From Escherichia coli (GTDB taxonomy: Bacteria; Pseudomonadota; Gammaproteobacteria; Enterobacterales; Enterobacteriaceae): 64,000 nucleotides of DNA. Positions 11,664 to 22,336 of the stretch are shown piece after piece (within the stretch, counting starts at the first letter, position 1; each line of letters starts with the position of its first letter). The notes under the pieces are model-generated. The model worked only from the letters and a program-made list of their open reading frames with translations, did no database searches and was not told the origin of the DNA. The translations under genes and the position numbers were made by a program. The stretch lies in NCBI RefSeq assembly GCF_003334815.1, contig NZ_QOWO01000002.1; one strand, 5' to 3'.

Positions 11664-13089
11664 TAATGCCAGTCAGTTAAGCAACTGACTGGCTCTTTTT
11701 CGGGGCTGTGGGGTATTTCCAGGGCCTCTCCTTTACCACTCTCGGGAAGGCCCTTTCCCTTCTTGTCGGTAATTTCACAAGTTGTCCCATACTTGCAAGA
11801 TCGCGCATCAGCTCCGGTATACGTCCCGGTGAAGCGCCCTGCAATGTCATCAGCATTCTCATCACCATTCCGCATGATTCTGAGAAACTCAGTTGATTCG
11901 GCCAGTAACCTTTCAGATGTTCCGCCATTTTAATTATCTGATATCTCACCAGATTATAAGCCAGTAAGACACCCCACAGCTCTTGCTCCACAAGCTCCGG
12001 TTTTTTACTTCTCAGCGTCAGCCTGCTCAGTTGCATCGTCTGTTTTATCTCCCTGTATCCCAGTTCGATTTCCCAGCGATGACTGTACAGATCCGCCATT
12101 TCTCCTCCGGGGAAGCGCATGGCGTCCGTCATCGACGTCAGCAGATGGCAGACTTTTCCTTTGCGCGTCACGGTCAGCAGGCGGGCAGTCACTTCATTTC
12201 CCAGTCCCGGCCACTTTTTTCGTGCCTGCGGGCTGGTTTTCAGCTTCACCAGATGATCGCCTTTACCCAGTTTTCTGATCTCTTCATATTGCGCTCCCTT
12301 TCTGAGAGGTATCATCCAGTGGCGGTGTTCTCCCGCCAGGCTCCAGGCATTTAACAGTCCCAGTGAGTAATAACCTTTATCCATTAACGTCAGAGTGTTA
12401 TCGCCGGTTTGTTCTATAAGTTGCTCAGCAAGCTCATTTTCGCTGTTCTTCATCGTGCCGAAGGCTGCAGCCGTCAGCAGATGGCTGGTCAGTTCCATCT
12501 GGCAGACCATTTTGACCTGCGGGTAGAGCGCCGGGTTCCCGGCATGTGTCTGGCGGGGGAAGGCTGCATCGTTCTCTGGTGTATCCGGTGTGCGCCAGAA
12601 CACACCATCGATGGCCAGCAGGGTCAGGCCGCACCAGTGCGGATGCGGCGTGGCGTTATGCCAGAGCTGCGCTGTTTTCGTGAACACGCGGCGGACAGCC
12701 TCACTTCCCAGGCGCTGGCGGGCCTGAATAACGGCACTGGGGGCAACGAAGGGGCGATTGCCCGGCAGCATGATGTCCAGGCGATTCACAATCTGGTGAA
12801 GAGGTTCTTTACGCTCAAGCGCCATGCCAACAATACACCAGACCATCATTTCGAGGGGAAGACGGCGCTTGCGTAGCGTTACAGTACCTGATTCGGCAAG
12901 GCAACGAGAGATGAGTTCGGGGTCGAGGTAATCCCCCAGAGAAGTCAGTGGGTTACGCAGAGAATCGTAACGGGATACCAGATCAAGAGCCTGTCCAATG
13001 TGCATAAAAAAATCCGGAAACAAGTGAGCGTTTCCGGATTCTTACACAGCCACTGGATCGGTCAACTGATCCTTAACTGATCGGCATTA
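11664..13089 (-). mobile_element. IS4 insertion sequence, complete 1426-bp copy
   Basis: Imperfect terminal inverted repeats (TAATGCCAGTCAGTTAAG at 11664; revcomp of right end TAATGCCGATCAGTTAAG ending 13089); single transposase ORF; flanked by identical 13-bp direct repeats. Confidence 0.92.
11677..13005 (-). CDS. insG: IS4 transposase (DDE family)
   Basis: ORF-track 448 aa trimmed to ATG at 13005 giving 442 aa ([40 protein letters not shown]…); stop 14 bp inside the IS end; uninterrupted reading frame. Confidence 0.93.
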   Translation of the reverse strand: MHIGQALDLVSRYDSLRNPLTSLGDYLDPELISRCLAESGTVTLRKRRLPLEMMVWCIVGMALERKEPLHQIVNRLDIMLPGNRPFVAPSAVIQARQRLGSEAVRRVFTKTAQLWHNATPHPHWCGLTLLAIDGVFWRTPDTPENDAAFPRQTHAGNPALYPQVKMVCQMELTSHLLTAAAFGTMKNSENELAEQLIEQTGDNTLTLMDKGYYSLGLLNAWSLAGEHRHWMIPLRKGAQYEEIRKLGKGDHLVKLKTSPQARKKWPGLGNEVTARLLTVTRKGKVCHLLTSMTDAMRFPGGEMADLYSHRWEIELGYREIKQTMQLSRLTLRSKKPELVEQELWGVLLAYNLVRYQIIKMAEHLKGYWPNQLSFSESCGMVMRMLMTLQGASPGRIPELMRDLASMGQLVKLPTRRERAFPRVVKERPWKYPTAPKKSQSVA

Positions 13090-13102
13090 CGGCACATTGT
13101 CG
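13090..13102. repeat. IS4 target-site duplication, right copy (CGGCACATTGTCG)
   Basis: 13-bp sequence immediately outside the IS4 right end, identical to 11651-11663. Confidence 0.88.
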
Positions 13103-13211
13103 GCGTTTTTTTTCGGACCTTGTGAGTCATTTTGATTAATGGTAGCGTCGCTTGTCAATGTAAGTTGTTGATACATAATATTTATATATGATTAATCAAC
13201 GGATGATTCAC

Positions 13212-13976
13212 ATGAAGAATACTAAATTACTGCTGGCGATTGCGACCTCTGCAGCATTACTGACAGGGTGTCAAAATACCCACGGTATTGATACCAATAT
13301 GGCTATCAGCTCCGGTTTAAATGCCTATAAAGCAGCAACATTAAGCGATGCCGATGCAAAAGCGATTGCCAATCAGGGCTGTGCCGAAATGGACAGCGGC
13401 AATCAAGTCGCAAGTAAATCCAGCAAGTACGGTAAACGTCTGGCAAAAATCGCCAAAGCATTGGGTAACAATATTAATGGCACGCCGGTCAACTATAAGG
13501 TTTATATGACCAGCGACGTCAACGCATGGGCGATGGCGAACGGCTGTGTTCGTGTCTACAGTGGCCTGATGGACATGATGAATGACAACGAAATTGAAGG
13601 CGTTCTGGGCCATGAACTGGGCCACGTCGCGTTGGGTCACTCGCTGGCTGAAATGAAAGCTTCTTATGCGATCGTTGCCGCACGCGATGCCATTTCAGCT
13701 ACCAGCGGTGTGGCTTCCCAGCTTTCCCGCTCACAATTAGGTGATATCGCAGAAGGCGCTATCAATGCTAAATACTCCCGTGATAAAGAGTCCGAAGCAG
13801 ATGATTTCTCCTTTGATCTGTTGAAGAAACGTGGCATCAGCACCCAGGGGCTGGTTGGCAGCTTTGAAAAACTGGCTAGCCTGGATGGCGGTCGCACCCA
13901 GTCCATGTTTGACTCTCACCCACCATCAACAGAGCGTGCGCAACACATCCGTGATCGTATCGCCTCTGGTAAGTAA
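13212..13976 (+). CDS. ycaL: M48-family zinc metalloprotease lipoprotein
   Basis: ORF trimmed to ATG giving 254 aa (MKNTKLLLAIATSAALLTGC…), lipobox LTGC, HExxH motif HELGH. Confidence 0.88.
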   Translation: MKNTKLLLAIATSAALLTGCQNTHGIDTNMAISSGLNAYKAATLSDADAKAIANQGCAEMDSGNQVASKSSKYGKRLAKIAKALGNNINGTPVNYKVYMTSDVNAWAMANGCVRVYSGLMDMMNDNEIEGVLGHELGHVALGHSLAEMKASYAIVAARDAISATSGVASQLSRSQLGDIAEGAINAKYSRDKESEADDFSFDLLKKRGISTQGLVGSFEKLASLDGGRTQSMFDSHPPSTERAQHIRDRIASGK

Positions 13977-14148
13977 ATCATTGTCATCTTTCGGGCTGGT
14001 CTTCTGCCAGCCCGCTATAATTGCGCAATAAATCCCCATCTGAATACAGACAAAACTGGTTTTTGCACACAACGTTAACGATTTGTGGCGTCGGCGCGTA
14101 TAATGCGCGCGGTTATGTTAACGGTACGCCTGTTTTAAGGAGATAAAG

Positions 14149-14832
14149 ATGACGGCAATTGCCCCGGTTATTACCATTGATGGCCCAAGCGGTGCAGGGA
14201 AAGGCACCTTGTGTAAGGCTATGGCGGAAGCGTTGCAATGGCATCTGCTGGACTCGGGTGCAATTTATCGCGTACTGGCATTGGCGGCATTACATCACCA
14301 TGTTGATGTTGCGTCGGAAGATGCGCTGGTACCGCTGGCATCCCATCTGGATGTACGTTTTGTGTCGACCAATGGCAATCTGGAAGTGATCCTCGAAGGG
14401 GAAGATGTCAGCGGCGAAATTCGTACTCAGGAAGTGGCGAATGCAGCTTCACAAGTCGCGGCATTCCCACGCGTTCGTGAAGCATTATTGCGTCGCCAAC
14501 GCGCGTTTCGCGAATTACCAGGTCTGATTGCCGATGGCCGCGACATGGGAACGGTGGTATTCCCTGATGCACCAGTGAAAATTTTCCTTGACGCCTCCTC
14601 GGAAGAACGTGCGCATCGCCGCATGCTACAGTTGCAGGAGAAGGGCTTTAGTGTTAACTTTGAGCGCCTTTTGGCCGAGATCAAAGAACGCGACGACCGC
14701 GATCGTAACCGAGCGGTAGCGCCACTGGTTCCGGCAGCCGATGCTTTAGTGTTGGATTCCACCACCTTAAGCATTGAGCAAGTGATTGAAAAAGCGCTAC
14801 AATACGCGCGCCAGAAATTGGCTCTCGCATAA
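14149..14832 (+). CDS. cmk: cytidylate kinase
   Basis: 227-aa ORF with P-loop [15 protein letters not shown] Shine-Dalgarno; directly upstream of rpsA. Confidence 0.96.
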
Positions 14833-14942
14833 GCGACCGAATTTGCAGTACCCCCGTTGCAATGGAATGACAGCGGGTATGTTAAACAACCCCATCCGGC
14901 ATGGAGCCAGGTGGACGTTAAATATAAACCTGAAGATTAAAC
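14833..14942 (+). promoter_or_regulatory. rpsA leader / translation initiation region lacking a canonical Shine-Dalgarno
   Basis: No AGGAGG-like motif within 15 nt upstream of the rpsA ATG (…CCTGAAGATTAAAC-ATG). Confidence 0.55.
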
Positions 14943-16616
14943 ATGACTGAATCTTTTGCTCAACTCTTTGAAGAGTCCTTAAAAGAAATCGAAACCCGCC
15001 CGGGTTCTATCGTTCGTGGCGTTGTTGTTGCTATCGACAAAGACGTAGTACTGGTTGACGCTGGTCTGAAATCTGAGTCCGCCATCCCGGCTGAGCAGTT
15101 CAAAAACGCCCAGGGCGAGCTGGAAATCCAGGTAGGTGACGAAGTTGACGTTGCTCTGGACGCAGTAGAAGACGGCTTCGGTGAAACTCTGCTGTCCCGT
15201 GAGAAAGCTAAACGTCACGAAGCCTGGATCACGCTGGAAAAAGCTTACGAAGATGCTGAAACTGTTACCGGTGTTATCAACGGCAAAGTTAAGGGCGGCT
15301 TCACTGTTGAGCTGAACGGTATTCGTGCGTTCCTGCCAGGTTCTCTGGTAGACGTTCGTCCGGTGCGTGACACTCTGCACCTGGAAGGCAAAGAGCTTGA
15401 ATTTAAAGTAATCAAGCTGGATCAGAAGCGCAACAACGTTGTTGTTTCTCGTCGTGCCGTTATCGAATCCGAAAACAGCGCAGAGCGCGATCAGCTGCTG
15501 GAAAACCTGCAGGAAGGCATGGAAGTTAAAGGTATCGTTAAGAACCTCACTGACTACGGTGCATTCGTTGATCTGGGCGGCGTTGACGGCCTGCTGCACA
15601 TCACTGACATGGCCTGGAAACGCGTTAAGCATCCGAGCGAAATCGTCAACGTGGGCGACGAAATCACTGTTAAAGTGCTGAAGTTCGACCGCGAACGTAC
15701 CCGTGTATCCCTGGGCCTGAAACAGCTGGGCGAAGATCCGTGGGTAGCTATCGCTAAACGTTATCCGGAAGGTACCAAACTGACTGGTCGCGTGACCAAC
15801 CTGACCGACTACGGCTGCTTCGTTGAAATCGAAGAAGGCGTTGAAGGCCTGGTACACGTTTCCGAAATGGATTGGACCAACAAAAACATCCACCCGTCCA
15901 AAGTTGTTAACGTTGGCGATGTAGTGGAAGTTATGGTTCTGGATATCGACGAAGAACGTCGTCGTATCTCCCTGGGTCTGAAACAGTGCAAAGCTAACCC
16001 GTGGCAGCAGTTCGCGGAAACCCACAACAAGGGCGACCGTGTTGAAGGTAAAATCAAGTCTATCACTGACTTCGGTATCTTCATCGGCCTGGACGGCGGC
16101 ATCGACGGCCTGGTTCACCTGTCTGACATCTCCTGGAACGTTGCAGGCGAAGAAGCAGTTCGTGAATACAAAAAAGGCGACGAAATCGCTGCAGTTGTTC
16201 TGCAGGTTGACGCAGAACGTGAACGTATCTCCCTGGGCGTTAAACAGCTCGCAGAAGATCCGTTCAACAACTGGGTTGCTCTGAACAAGAAAGGCGCTAT
16301 CGTAACCGGTAAAGTAACTGCAGTTGACGCTAAAGGCGCAACCGTAGAACTGGCTGACGGCGTTGAAGGTTACCTGCGTGCTTCTGAAGCATCCCGTGAC
16401 CGCGTTGAAGACGCTACCCTGGTTCTGAGCGTTGGCGACGAAGTTGAAGCTAAATTCACCGGCGTTGATCGTAAAAACCGCGCAATCAGCCTGTCTGTTC
16501 GTGCGAAAGACGAAGCTGACGAGAAAGATGCAATCGCAACTGTTAACAAACAGGAAGATGCAAACTTCTCCAACAACGCAATGGCTGAAGCTTTCAAAGC
16601 AGCTAAAGGCGAGTAA
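14943..16616 (+). CDS. rpsA: 30S ribosomal protein S1
   Basis: 557-aa ORF with repeated S1 domains ([26 protein letters not shown]…). Confidence 0.97.
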
Positions 16617-16626
16617 TTCTCTGACT

Positions 16627-16648
16627 CTTCGGGATTTTTATTCCGAAG
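16627..16648 (+). terminator. hairpin downstream of rpsA (putative terminator)
   Basis: CTTCGG-N10-CCGAAG with T-rich loop and short T-run. Confidence 0.45.
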
Positions 16649-16662
16649 TTTGTTGAGTTTAC

Positions 16663-16691
16663 TTGACAGATTGCAGGTTTCGTCCTGTAAT
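16663..16691 (+). promoter_or_regulatory. sigma70-like promoter upstream of ihfB (-35 TTGACA, 17-bp spacer, -10 TGTAAT)
   Basis: Consensus -35 hexamer at 16663-16668 and -10-like hexamer at 16686-16691. Confidence 0.6.
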
Positions 16692-16775
16692 CAAGCACTA
16701 AGGGCGGCTACGGCCGCCCTTAATCAATGCAGCAACAGCAGCCGCTTAATTTGCCTTTAAGGAACCGGAGGAATC

Positions 16776-17060
16776 ATGACCAAGTCAGAATTGATAGAAA
16801 GACTTGCCACCCAGCAATCGCACATTCCCGCCAAGACGGTTGAAGATGCAGTAAAAGAGATGCTGGAGCATATGGCCTCGACTCTTGCGCAGGGCGAGCG
16901 TATTGAAATCCGCGGTTTCGGCAGTTTCTCTTTGCACTACCGCGCACCACGTACCGGACGTAATCCGAAGACTGGCGATAAAGTAGAACTGGAAGGAAAA
17001 TACGTTCCTCACTTTAAACCTGGTAAAGAACTGCGCGATCGCGCCAATATTTACGGTTAA
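16776..17060 (+). CDS. ihfB: integration host factor beta subunit
   Basis: 94-aa ORF ([34 protein letters not shown]…), HU/IHF fold. Confidence 0.97.
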
Positions 17061-17085
17061 GTTTTTTACTCAAACTTGAACGAGA

Positions 17086-17110
17086 GAAAAGCACCTGTCG
17101 GGTGCTTTTT
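17086..17110 (+). terminator. rho-independent terminator after ihfB
   Basis: AGCACC-TGTCG-GGTGCT followed by TTTTTT. Confidence 0.85.
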
Positions 17111-17267
17111 TCATTTCTCTAATCTGGAACTGGAAGCTGCCTCGCAGAGTTTTGAACAGTTTTCACCCTTTCGTTAAATTCTTCTGAATATGCCTCGGGG
17201 AACGCAAAATTCCCACCAGACAACCGCTCAACAAAGTTGCACACTTTCCATAAACAGGGAGGGGTGC

Positions 17268-19532
17268 ATGAAAATAACGACAGTCGGTGTATGCATAATT
17301 AGCGGAATTTTTCCGTTGCTGATTTTGCCCCAATTGCCTGGGACATTAACCCTTGCGTTTCTGACTCTCTTCGCCTGCGTACTGGCATTTATCCCTGTTA
17401 AAACCGTCCGTTATATCGCGCTGACGTTGCTGTTTTTCGTTTGGGGCATATTATCAGCAAAGCAAATTTTGTGGGCAGGAGAAACCTTAACTGGCGCGAC
17501 GCAGGATGCAATTGTTGAGATCACTGCAACTGACGGCATGACCACTCATTACGGTCAAATTACTCATCTACAAGGTCGACGTATATTCCCTGCGTCAGGT
17601 CTCGTGATGTATGGCGAATATCTTCCGCAAGCGGTTTGTGCTGGACAACAATGGTCAATGAAACTCAAAGTTCGTGCAGTTCATGGCCAACTTAATGATG
17701 GCGGCTTTGATAGCCAGCGTTATGCCATTGCCCAGCATCAGCCGCTCACCGGCCGTTTTCTGCAGGCAAGTGTCATTGAACCGAATTGTAGCCTGCGTGC
17801 ACAGTATCTGGCGTCACTACAAACAACGCTGCAACCCTATCCGTGGAATGCGGTTATTCTTGGTTTAGGTATGGGGGAACGGTTATCCGTCCCCAAAGAA
17901 ATCAAAAATATCATGCGCGATACTGGAACGGCGCATTTAATGGCGATATCGGGATTGCACATCGCTTTTGCGGCGTTGCTGGCTGCCGGACTCATTCGCA
18001 GTGGACAAATTTTTCTGCCTGGGCGCTGGATCCACTGGCAAATACCATTAATTGGCGGAATCTGCTGTGCTGCTTTTTATGCCTGGTTGACGGGAATGCA
18101 ACCTCCTGCATTGCGTACCATGGTGGCGCTTGCTACGTGGGGAATGCTTAAGTTAAGTGGGCGACAGTGGAGTGGCTGGGATGTATGGATATGTTGTCTG
18201 GCGGCAATTTTGCTGATGGATCCTGTTGCCATTCTCTCGCAAAGTTTATGGCTCTCTGCCGCTGCGGTCGCGGCATTGATATTTTGGTATCAGTGGTTTC
18301 CCTGTCCTGAGTGGCAACTGCCGCCGGTATTGCGTGCAGTTGTTTCCCTCATCCATCTGCAACTGGGAATCACACTTCTGCTTATGCCCGTGCAAATCGT
18401 CATATTTCATGGCATTAGTCTGACCTCGTTTATTGCAAATCTATTAGCAATTCCCTTGGTGACATTTATCACGGTTCCGTTGATCCTCGCCGCGATGGTT
18501 GTGCATTTAAGCGGGCCGTTAATCCTGGAGCAAGGGTTATGGTTTCTTGCCGACCGGTCTTTGGCTTTACTTTTCTGGGGGTTAAAGAGTTTGCCGGAAG
18601 GGTGGATCAACATTGCTGAATGTTGGCAATGGCTATCATTTTCCCCATGGTTCTTACTGGTGGTATGGCGATTAAACGCCTGGCGAACGTTGCCAGCAAT
18701 GTGTGTGGCTGGAGGCTTGCTGATGTGCTGGCCGCTGTGGCAAAAACCTCGACCTGACGAGTGGCAGCTGTACATGCTTGATGTCGGGCAAGGGCTGGCA
18801 ATGGTGATAGCCAGAAACGGCAAAGCGATTCTCTATGACACAGGACTGGCCTGGCCTGAAGGGGATAGTGGGCAACGACTGATTATCCCCTGGCTCCACT
18901 GGCATAATCTTGAACCGGAAGGCGTTATTCTGAGCCATGAACATCTGGATCACCGGGGAGGGCTGGATTCAATATTGCATATATGGCCGATGTTATGGAT
19001 CAGAAGTCCGTTAAACTGGGAACATCATCAGCCCTGTGTGCGTGGCGAAGCGTGGCAATGGCAAGGATTGCGTTTCAGCGCGCACTGGCCTTTACAAGGT
19101 AGCAACGATAAAGGAAATAACCATTCCTGTGTGGTTAAGGTTGATGACGGGACGAATAGCATTCTTCTAACCGGTGATATTGAAGCCCCAGCTGAACAAA
19201 AGATGCTAAGCCGTTACTGGCAGCAAGTGCAGGCAACATTGCTTCAGGTACCTCACCATGGCAGTAATACCTCATCATCGTTGCCATTAATTCAGCGAGT
19301 GAATGGAAAAGTGGCACTCGCATCGGCATCGCGCTATAACGCATGGCGACTGCCCTCTAACAAAGTTAAGCATCGCTATCAACTGCAAGGATATCAATGG
19401 ATTGATACTCCACATCAAGGTCAAACAACGGTCAATTTTTCAGCGCAAGGCTGGCGGATTAGCAGCCTCAGGGAGCAAATTTTACCTCGTTGGTATCATC
19501 AGTGGTTTGGCGTGCCAGTGGATAACGGGTAG
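17268..19532 (+). CDS. ycaI: ComEC/Rec2-family inner-membrane protein with metallo-beta-lactamase domain
   Basis: ORF-track 780 aa trimmed to ATG giving 754 aa (MKITTVGVCIISGIFPLLILPQLPG…); polytopic N-terminus, C-terminal HxHxDH-type motif (SHEHLDHRGG). Confidence 0.85.
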   Translation: MKITTVGVCIISGIFPLLILPQLPGTLTLAFLTLFACVLAFIPVKTVRYIALTLLFFVWGILSAKQILWAGETLTGATQDAIVEITATDGMTTHYGQITHLQGRRIFPASGLVMYGEYLPQAVCAGQQWSMKLKVRAVHGQLNDGGFDSQRYAIAQHQPLTGRFLQASVIEPNCSLRAQYLASLQTTLQPYPWNAVILGLGMGERLSVPKEIKNIMRDTGTAHLMAISGLHIAFAALLAAGLIRSGQIFLPGRWIHWQIPLIGGICCAAFYAWLTGMQPPALRTMVALATWGMLKLSGRQWSGWDVWICCLAAILLMDPVAILSQSLWLSAAAVAALIFWYQWFPCPEWQLPPVLRAVVSLIHLQLGITLLLMPVQIVIFHGISLTSFIANLLAIPLVTFITVPLILAAMVVHLSGPLILEQGLWFLADRSLALLFWGLKSLPEGWINIAECWQWLSFSPWFLLVVWRLNAWRTLPAMCVAGGLLMCWPLWQKPRPDEWQLYMLDVGQGLAMVIARNGKAILYDTGLAWPEGDSGQRLIIPWLHWHNLEPEGVILSHEHLDHRGGLDSILHIWPMLWIRSPLNWEHHQPCVRGEAWQWQGLRFSAHWPLQGSNDKGNNHSCVVKVDDGTNSILLTGDIEAPAEQKMLSRYWQQVQATLLQVPHHGSNTSSSLPLIQRVNGKVALASASRYNAWRLPSNKVKHRYQLQGYQWIDTPHQGQTTVNFSAQGWRISSLREQILPRWYHQWFGVPVDNG

Positions 19533-19568
19533 AATATGCGGCTATTTCAACAAATGCTGGTTTTTTGA

Positions 19569-21317
19569 ATGCATAACGACAAAGATCTCTCTACGTGGCA
19601 GACATTCCGCCGACTGTGGCCAACCATTGCGCCTTTCAAAGCGGGTCTGATCGTGGCGGGCGTAGCGTTAATCCTCAACGCAGCCAGCGATACCTTCATG
19701 TTATCGCTCCTTAAGCCACTTCTTGATGATGGCTTTGGTAAAACAGATCGCTCCGTGCTGGTGTGGATGCCGCTGGTGGTGATCGGGCTGATGATTTTAC
19801 GTGGTATCACCAGCTATGTCTCCAGCTACTGTATCTCCTGGGTATCAGGAAAGGTGGTAATGACCATGCGTCGCCGCCTGTTTGGTCACATGATGGGAAT
19901 GCCAGTTTCATTCTTTGACAAACAGTCAACGGGTACGCTGTTGTCACGTATTACCTACGATTCCGAACAGGTTGCTTCTTCTTCTTCCGGCGCACTGATT
20001 ACTGTTGTGCGTGAAGGTGCGTCGATCATCGGCCTGTTCATCATGATGTTCTATTACAGTTGGCAACTGTCGATCATTTTGATTGTGCTGGCACCGATTG
20101 TTTCGATTGCGATTCGCGTTGTATCGAAGCGTTTTCGCAACATCAGTAAAAACATGCAGAACACCATGGGGCAGGTGACCACCAGCGCAGAACAAATGCT
20201 GAAGGGCCACAAAGAAGTATTGATTTTCGGTGGTCAGGAAGTGGAAACGAAACGCTTTGATAAAGTCAGCAACCGAATGCGTCTTCAGGGGATGAAAATG
20301 GTTTCAGCCTCTTCCATCTCTGATCCGATCATTCAGCTGATCGCCTCTTTGGCGCTGGCGTTTGTTCTGTATGCGGCGAGCTTCCCAAGTGTCATGGATA
20401 GCCTGACTGCCGGTACGATTACCGTTGTTTTCTCTTCAATGATTGCACTGATGCGTCCGCTGAAATCGCTGACCAACGTTAACGCCCAGTTCCAGCGCGG
20501 TATGGCGGCTTGTCAGACGCTGTTTACCATTCTGGACAGTGAGCAGGAGAAAGATGAAGGTAAGCGCGTGATCGAGCGTGCGACTGGCGACGTGGAATTC
20601 CGCAATGTCACCTTTACTTATCCGGGACGTGACGTACCTGCATTGCGTAACATCAACCTGAAAATTCCGGCAGGGAAGACGGTTGCTCTGGTTGGACGCT
20701 CTGGTTCGGGTAAATCAACCATCGCCAGCCTGATCACGCGTTTTTACGATATTGATGAAGGCGAAATCCTGATGGATGGTCACGATCTGCGCGAGTATAC
20801 CCTGGCGTCGTTACGTAACCAGGTTGCTCTGGTGTCGCAGAATGTCCATCTGTTTAACGATACGGTTGCTAACAACATTGCTTACGCACGGACTGAACAG
20901 TACAGCCGTGAGCAAATTGAAGAAGCGGCGCGTATGGCCTACGCCATGGACTTCATCAATAAGATGGATAACGGTCTCGATACAGTGATTGGTGAAAACG
21001 GCGTGCTGCTCTCTGGCGGTCAGCGTCAGCGTATTGCTATCGCTCGAGCCTTGTTGCGTGATAGCCCGATTCTGATTCTGGACGAAGCTACCTCGGCTCT
21101 GGATACCGAATCCGAACGTGCGATTCAGGCGGCACTGGATGAGTTGCAGAAAAACCGTACCTCTCTGGTGATTGCCCACCGCTTGTCTACCATTGAAAAG
21201 GCAGACGAAATCGTGGTCGTCGAGGATGGTGTCATTGTGGAACGCGGTACGCATAACGATTTGCTTGAGCACCGCGGCGTTTACGCGCAACTTCACAAAA
21301 TGCAGTTTGGCCAATGA
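19569..21317 (+). CDS. msbA: lipid A / LPS flippase, ABC transporter (fused TMD-NBD)
   Basis: 582-aa ORF, Walker [13 protein letters not shown] signature LSGGQRQR. Confidence 0.97.
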   Translation: MHNDKDLSTWQTFRRLWPTIAPFKAGLIVAGVALILNAASDTFMLSLLKPLLDDGFGKTDRSVLVWMPLVVIGLMILRGITSYVSSYCISWVSGKVVMTMRRRLFGHMMGMPVSFFDKQSTGTLLSRITYDSEQVASSSSGALITVVREGASIIGLFIMMFYYSWQLSIILIVLAPIVSIAIRVVSKRFRNISKNMQNTMGQVTTSAEQMLKGHKEVLIFGGQEVETKRFDKVSNRMRLQGMKMVSASSISDPIIQLIASLALAFVLYAASFPSVMDSLTAGTITVVFSSMIALMRPLKSLTNVNAQFQRGMAACQTLFTILDSEQEKDEGKRVIERATGDVEFRNVTFTYPGRDVPALRNINLKIPAGKTVALVGRSGSGKSTIASLITRFYDIDEGEILMDGHDLREYTLASLRNQVALVSQNVHLFNDTVANNIAYARTEQYSREQIEEAARMAYAMDFINKMDNGLDTVIGENGVLLSGGQRQRIAIARALLRDSPILILDEATSALDTESERAIQAALDELQKNRTSLVIAHRLSTIEKADEIVVVEDGVIVERGTHNDLLEHRGVYAQLHKMQFGQ

Positions 21318-22300
21318 TCGAAAAAATCTGGTCTGGTGAATCCCCTTTGTGGCGGCTATTGCTGCCACTCTCCTGGTTGTATGGCCTGGTGAGTGGCGCG
21401 ATCCGTCTTTGCTATAAACTAAAACTGAAGCGCGCCTGGCGTGCCCCCGTACCGGTTGTCGTGGTTGGTAATCTCACCGCAGGCGGCAACGGAAAAACCC
21501 CGGTCGTTGTCTGGCTGGTGGAACAGTTGCAACAGCGCGGTATTCGCGTGGGGGTCGTATCGCGGGGATATGGTGGTAAGGCTGAATCTTATCCGCTGTT
21601 ATTGTCGGCAGATACCACAACAGCACAGGCGGGTGATGAACCTGTGTTGATTTATCAACGCACTGATGCGCCTGTTGCGGTTTCTCCCGTTCGTTCTGAT
21701 GCGGTAAAAGCCATTCTGGCGCAACACCCTGATGTGCAGATCATCGTAACCGACGACGGTTTACAGCATTACCGTCTGGCGCGTGATGTGGAAATTGTCG
21801 TTATTGATGGTGTGCGTCGCTTTGGCAATGGCTGGTGGTTGCCGGCGGGGCCAATGCGTGAGCGAGCGGGGCGCTTAAAGTCGGTTGATGCGGTAATCGT
21901 CAACGGCGGTGTCCCTCGCAGCGGTGAAATCCCCATGCATCTGCTGCCGGGTCAGGCGGTGAATTTACGTACCGGTACGCGTTGTGACGTTGCTCAGCTT
22001 GAACATGTAGTGGCGATGGCGGGGATTGGGCATCCGCCGCGCTTTTTTGCCACGCTGAAGATGTGTGGCGTACAACCGGAAAAATGTGTACCGCTGGCCG
22101 ATCATCAGTCTTTGAACCATGCGGATGTCAGTGCGTTGGTAAGCGCCGGGCAAACGCTGGTAATGACTGAAAAAGATGCGGTGAAATGCCGGGCCTTTGC
22201 AGAAGAAAATTGGTGGTATTTGCCTGTAGACGCACAGCTTTCAGGTGATGAACCAGCGAAACTGCTTACGCAACTAACCTTGCTGGCTTCTGGCAACTAG
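21314..22300 (+). CDS. lpxK: tetraacyldisaccharide 4'-kinase
   Basis: 328-aa ORF; start overlaps msbA stop (ATGA); P-loop [12 protein letters not shown]. Confidence 0.95.
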   Translation: MIEKIWSGESPLWRLLLPLSWLYGLVSGAIRLCYKLKLKRAWRAPVPVVVVGNLTAGGNGKTPVVVWLVEQLQQRGIRVGVVSRGYGGKAESYPLLLSADTTTAQAGDEPVLIYQRTDAPVAVSPVRSDAVKAILAQHPDVQIIVTDDGLQHYRLARDVEIVVIDGVRRFGNGWWLPAGPMRERAGRLKSVDAVIVNGGVPRSGEIPMHLLPGQAVNLRTGTRCDVAQLEHVVAMAGIGHPPRFFATLKMCGVQPEKCVPLADHQSLNHADVSALVSAGQTLVMTEKDAVKCRAFAEENWWYLPVDAQLSGDEPAKLLTQLTLLASGN

Positions 22301-22336
22301 TTACGCCGCGGCAGCGTTCGATTGATGGAGTCATGA

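Noticed and set aside
14979-16118. 379-aa ORF antisense to rpsA
   Set aside because: Same codon-bias artefact; lies entirely inside the ribosomal protein S1 gene
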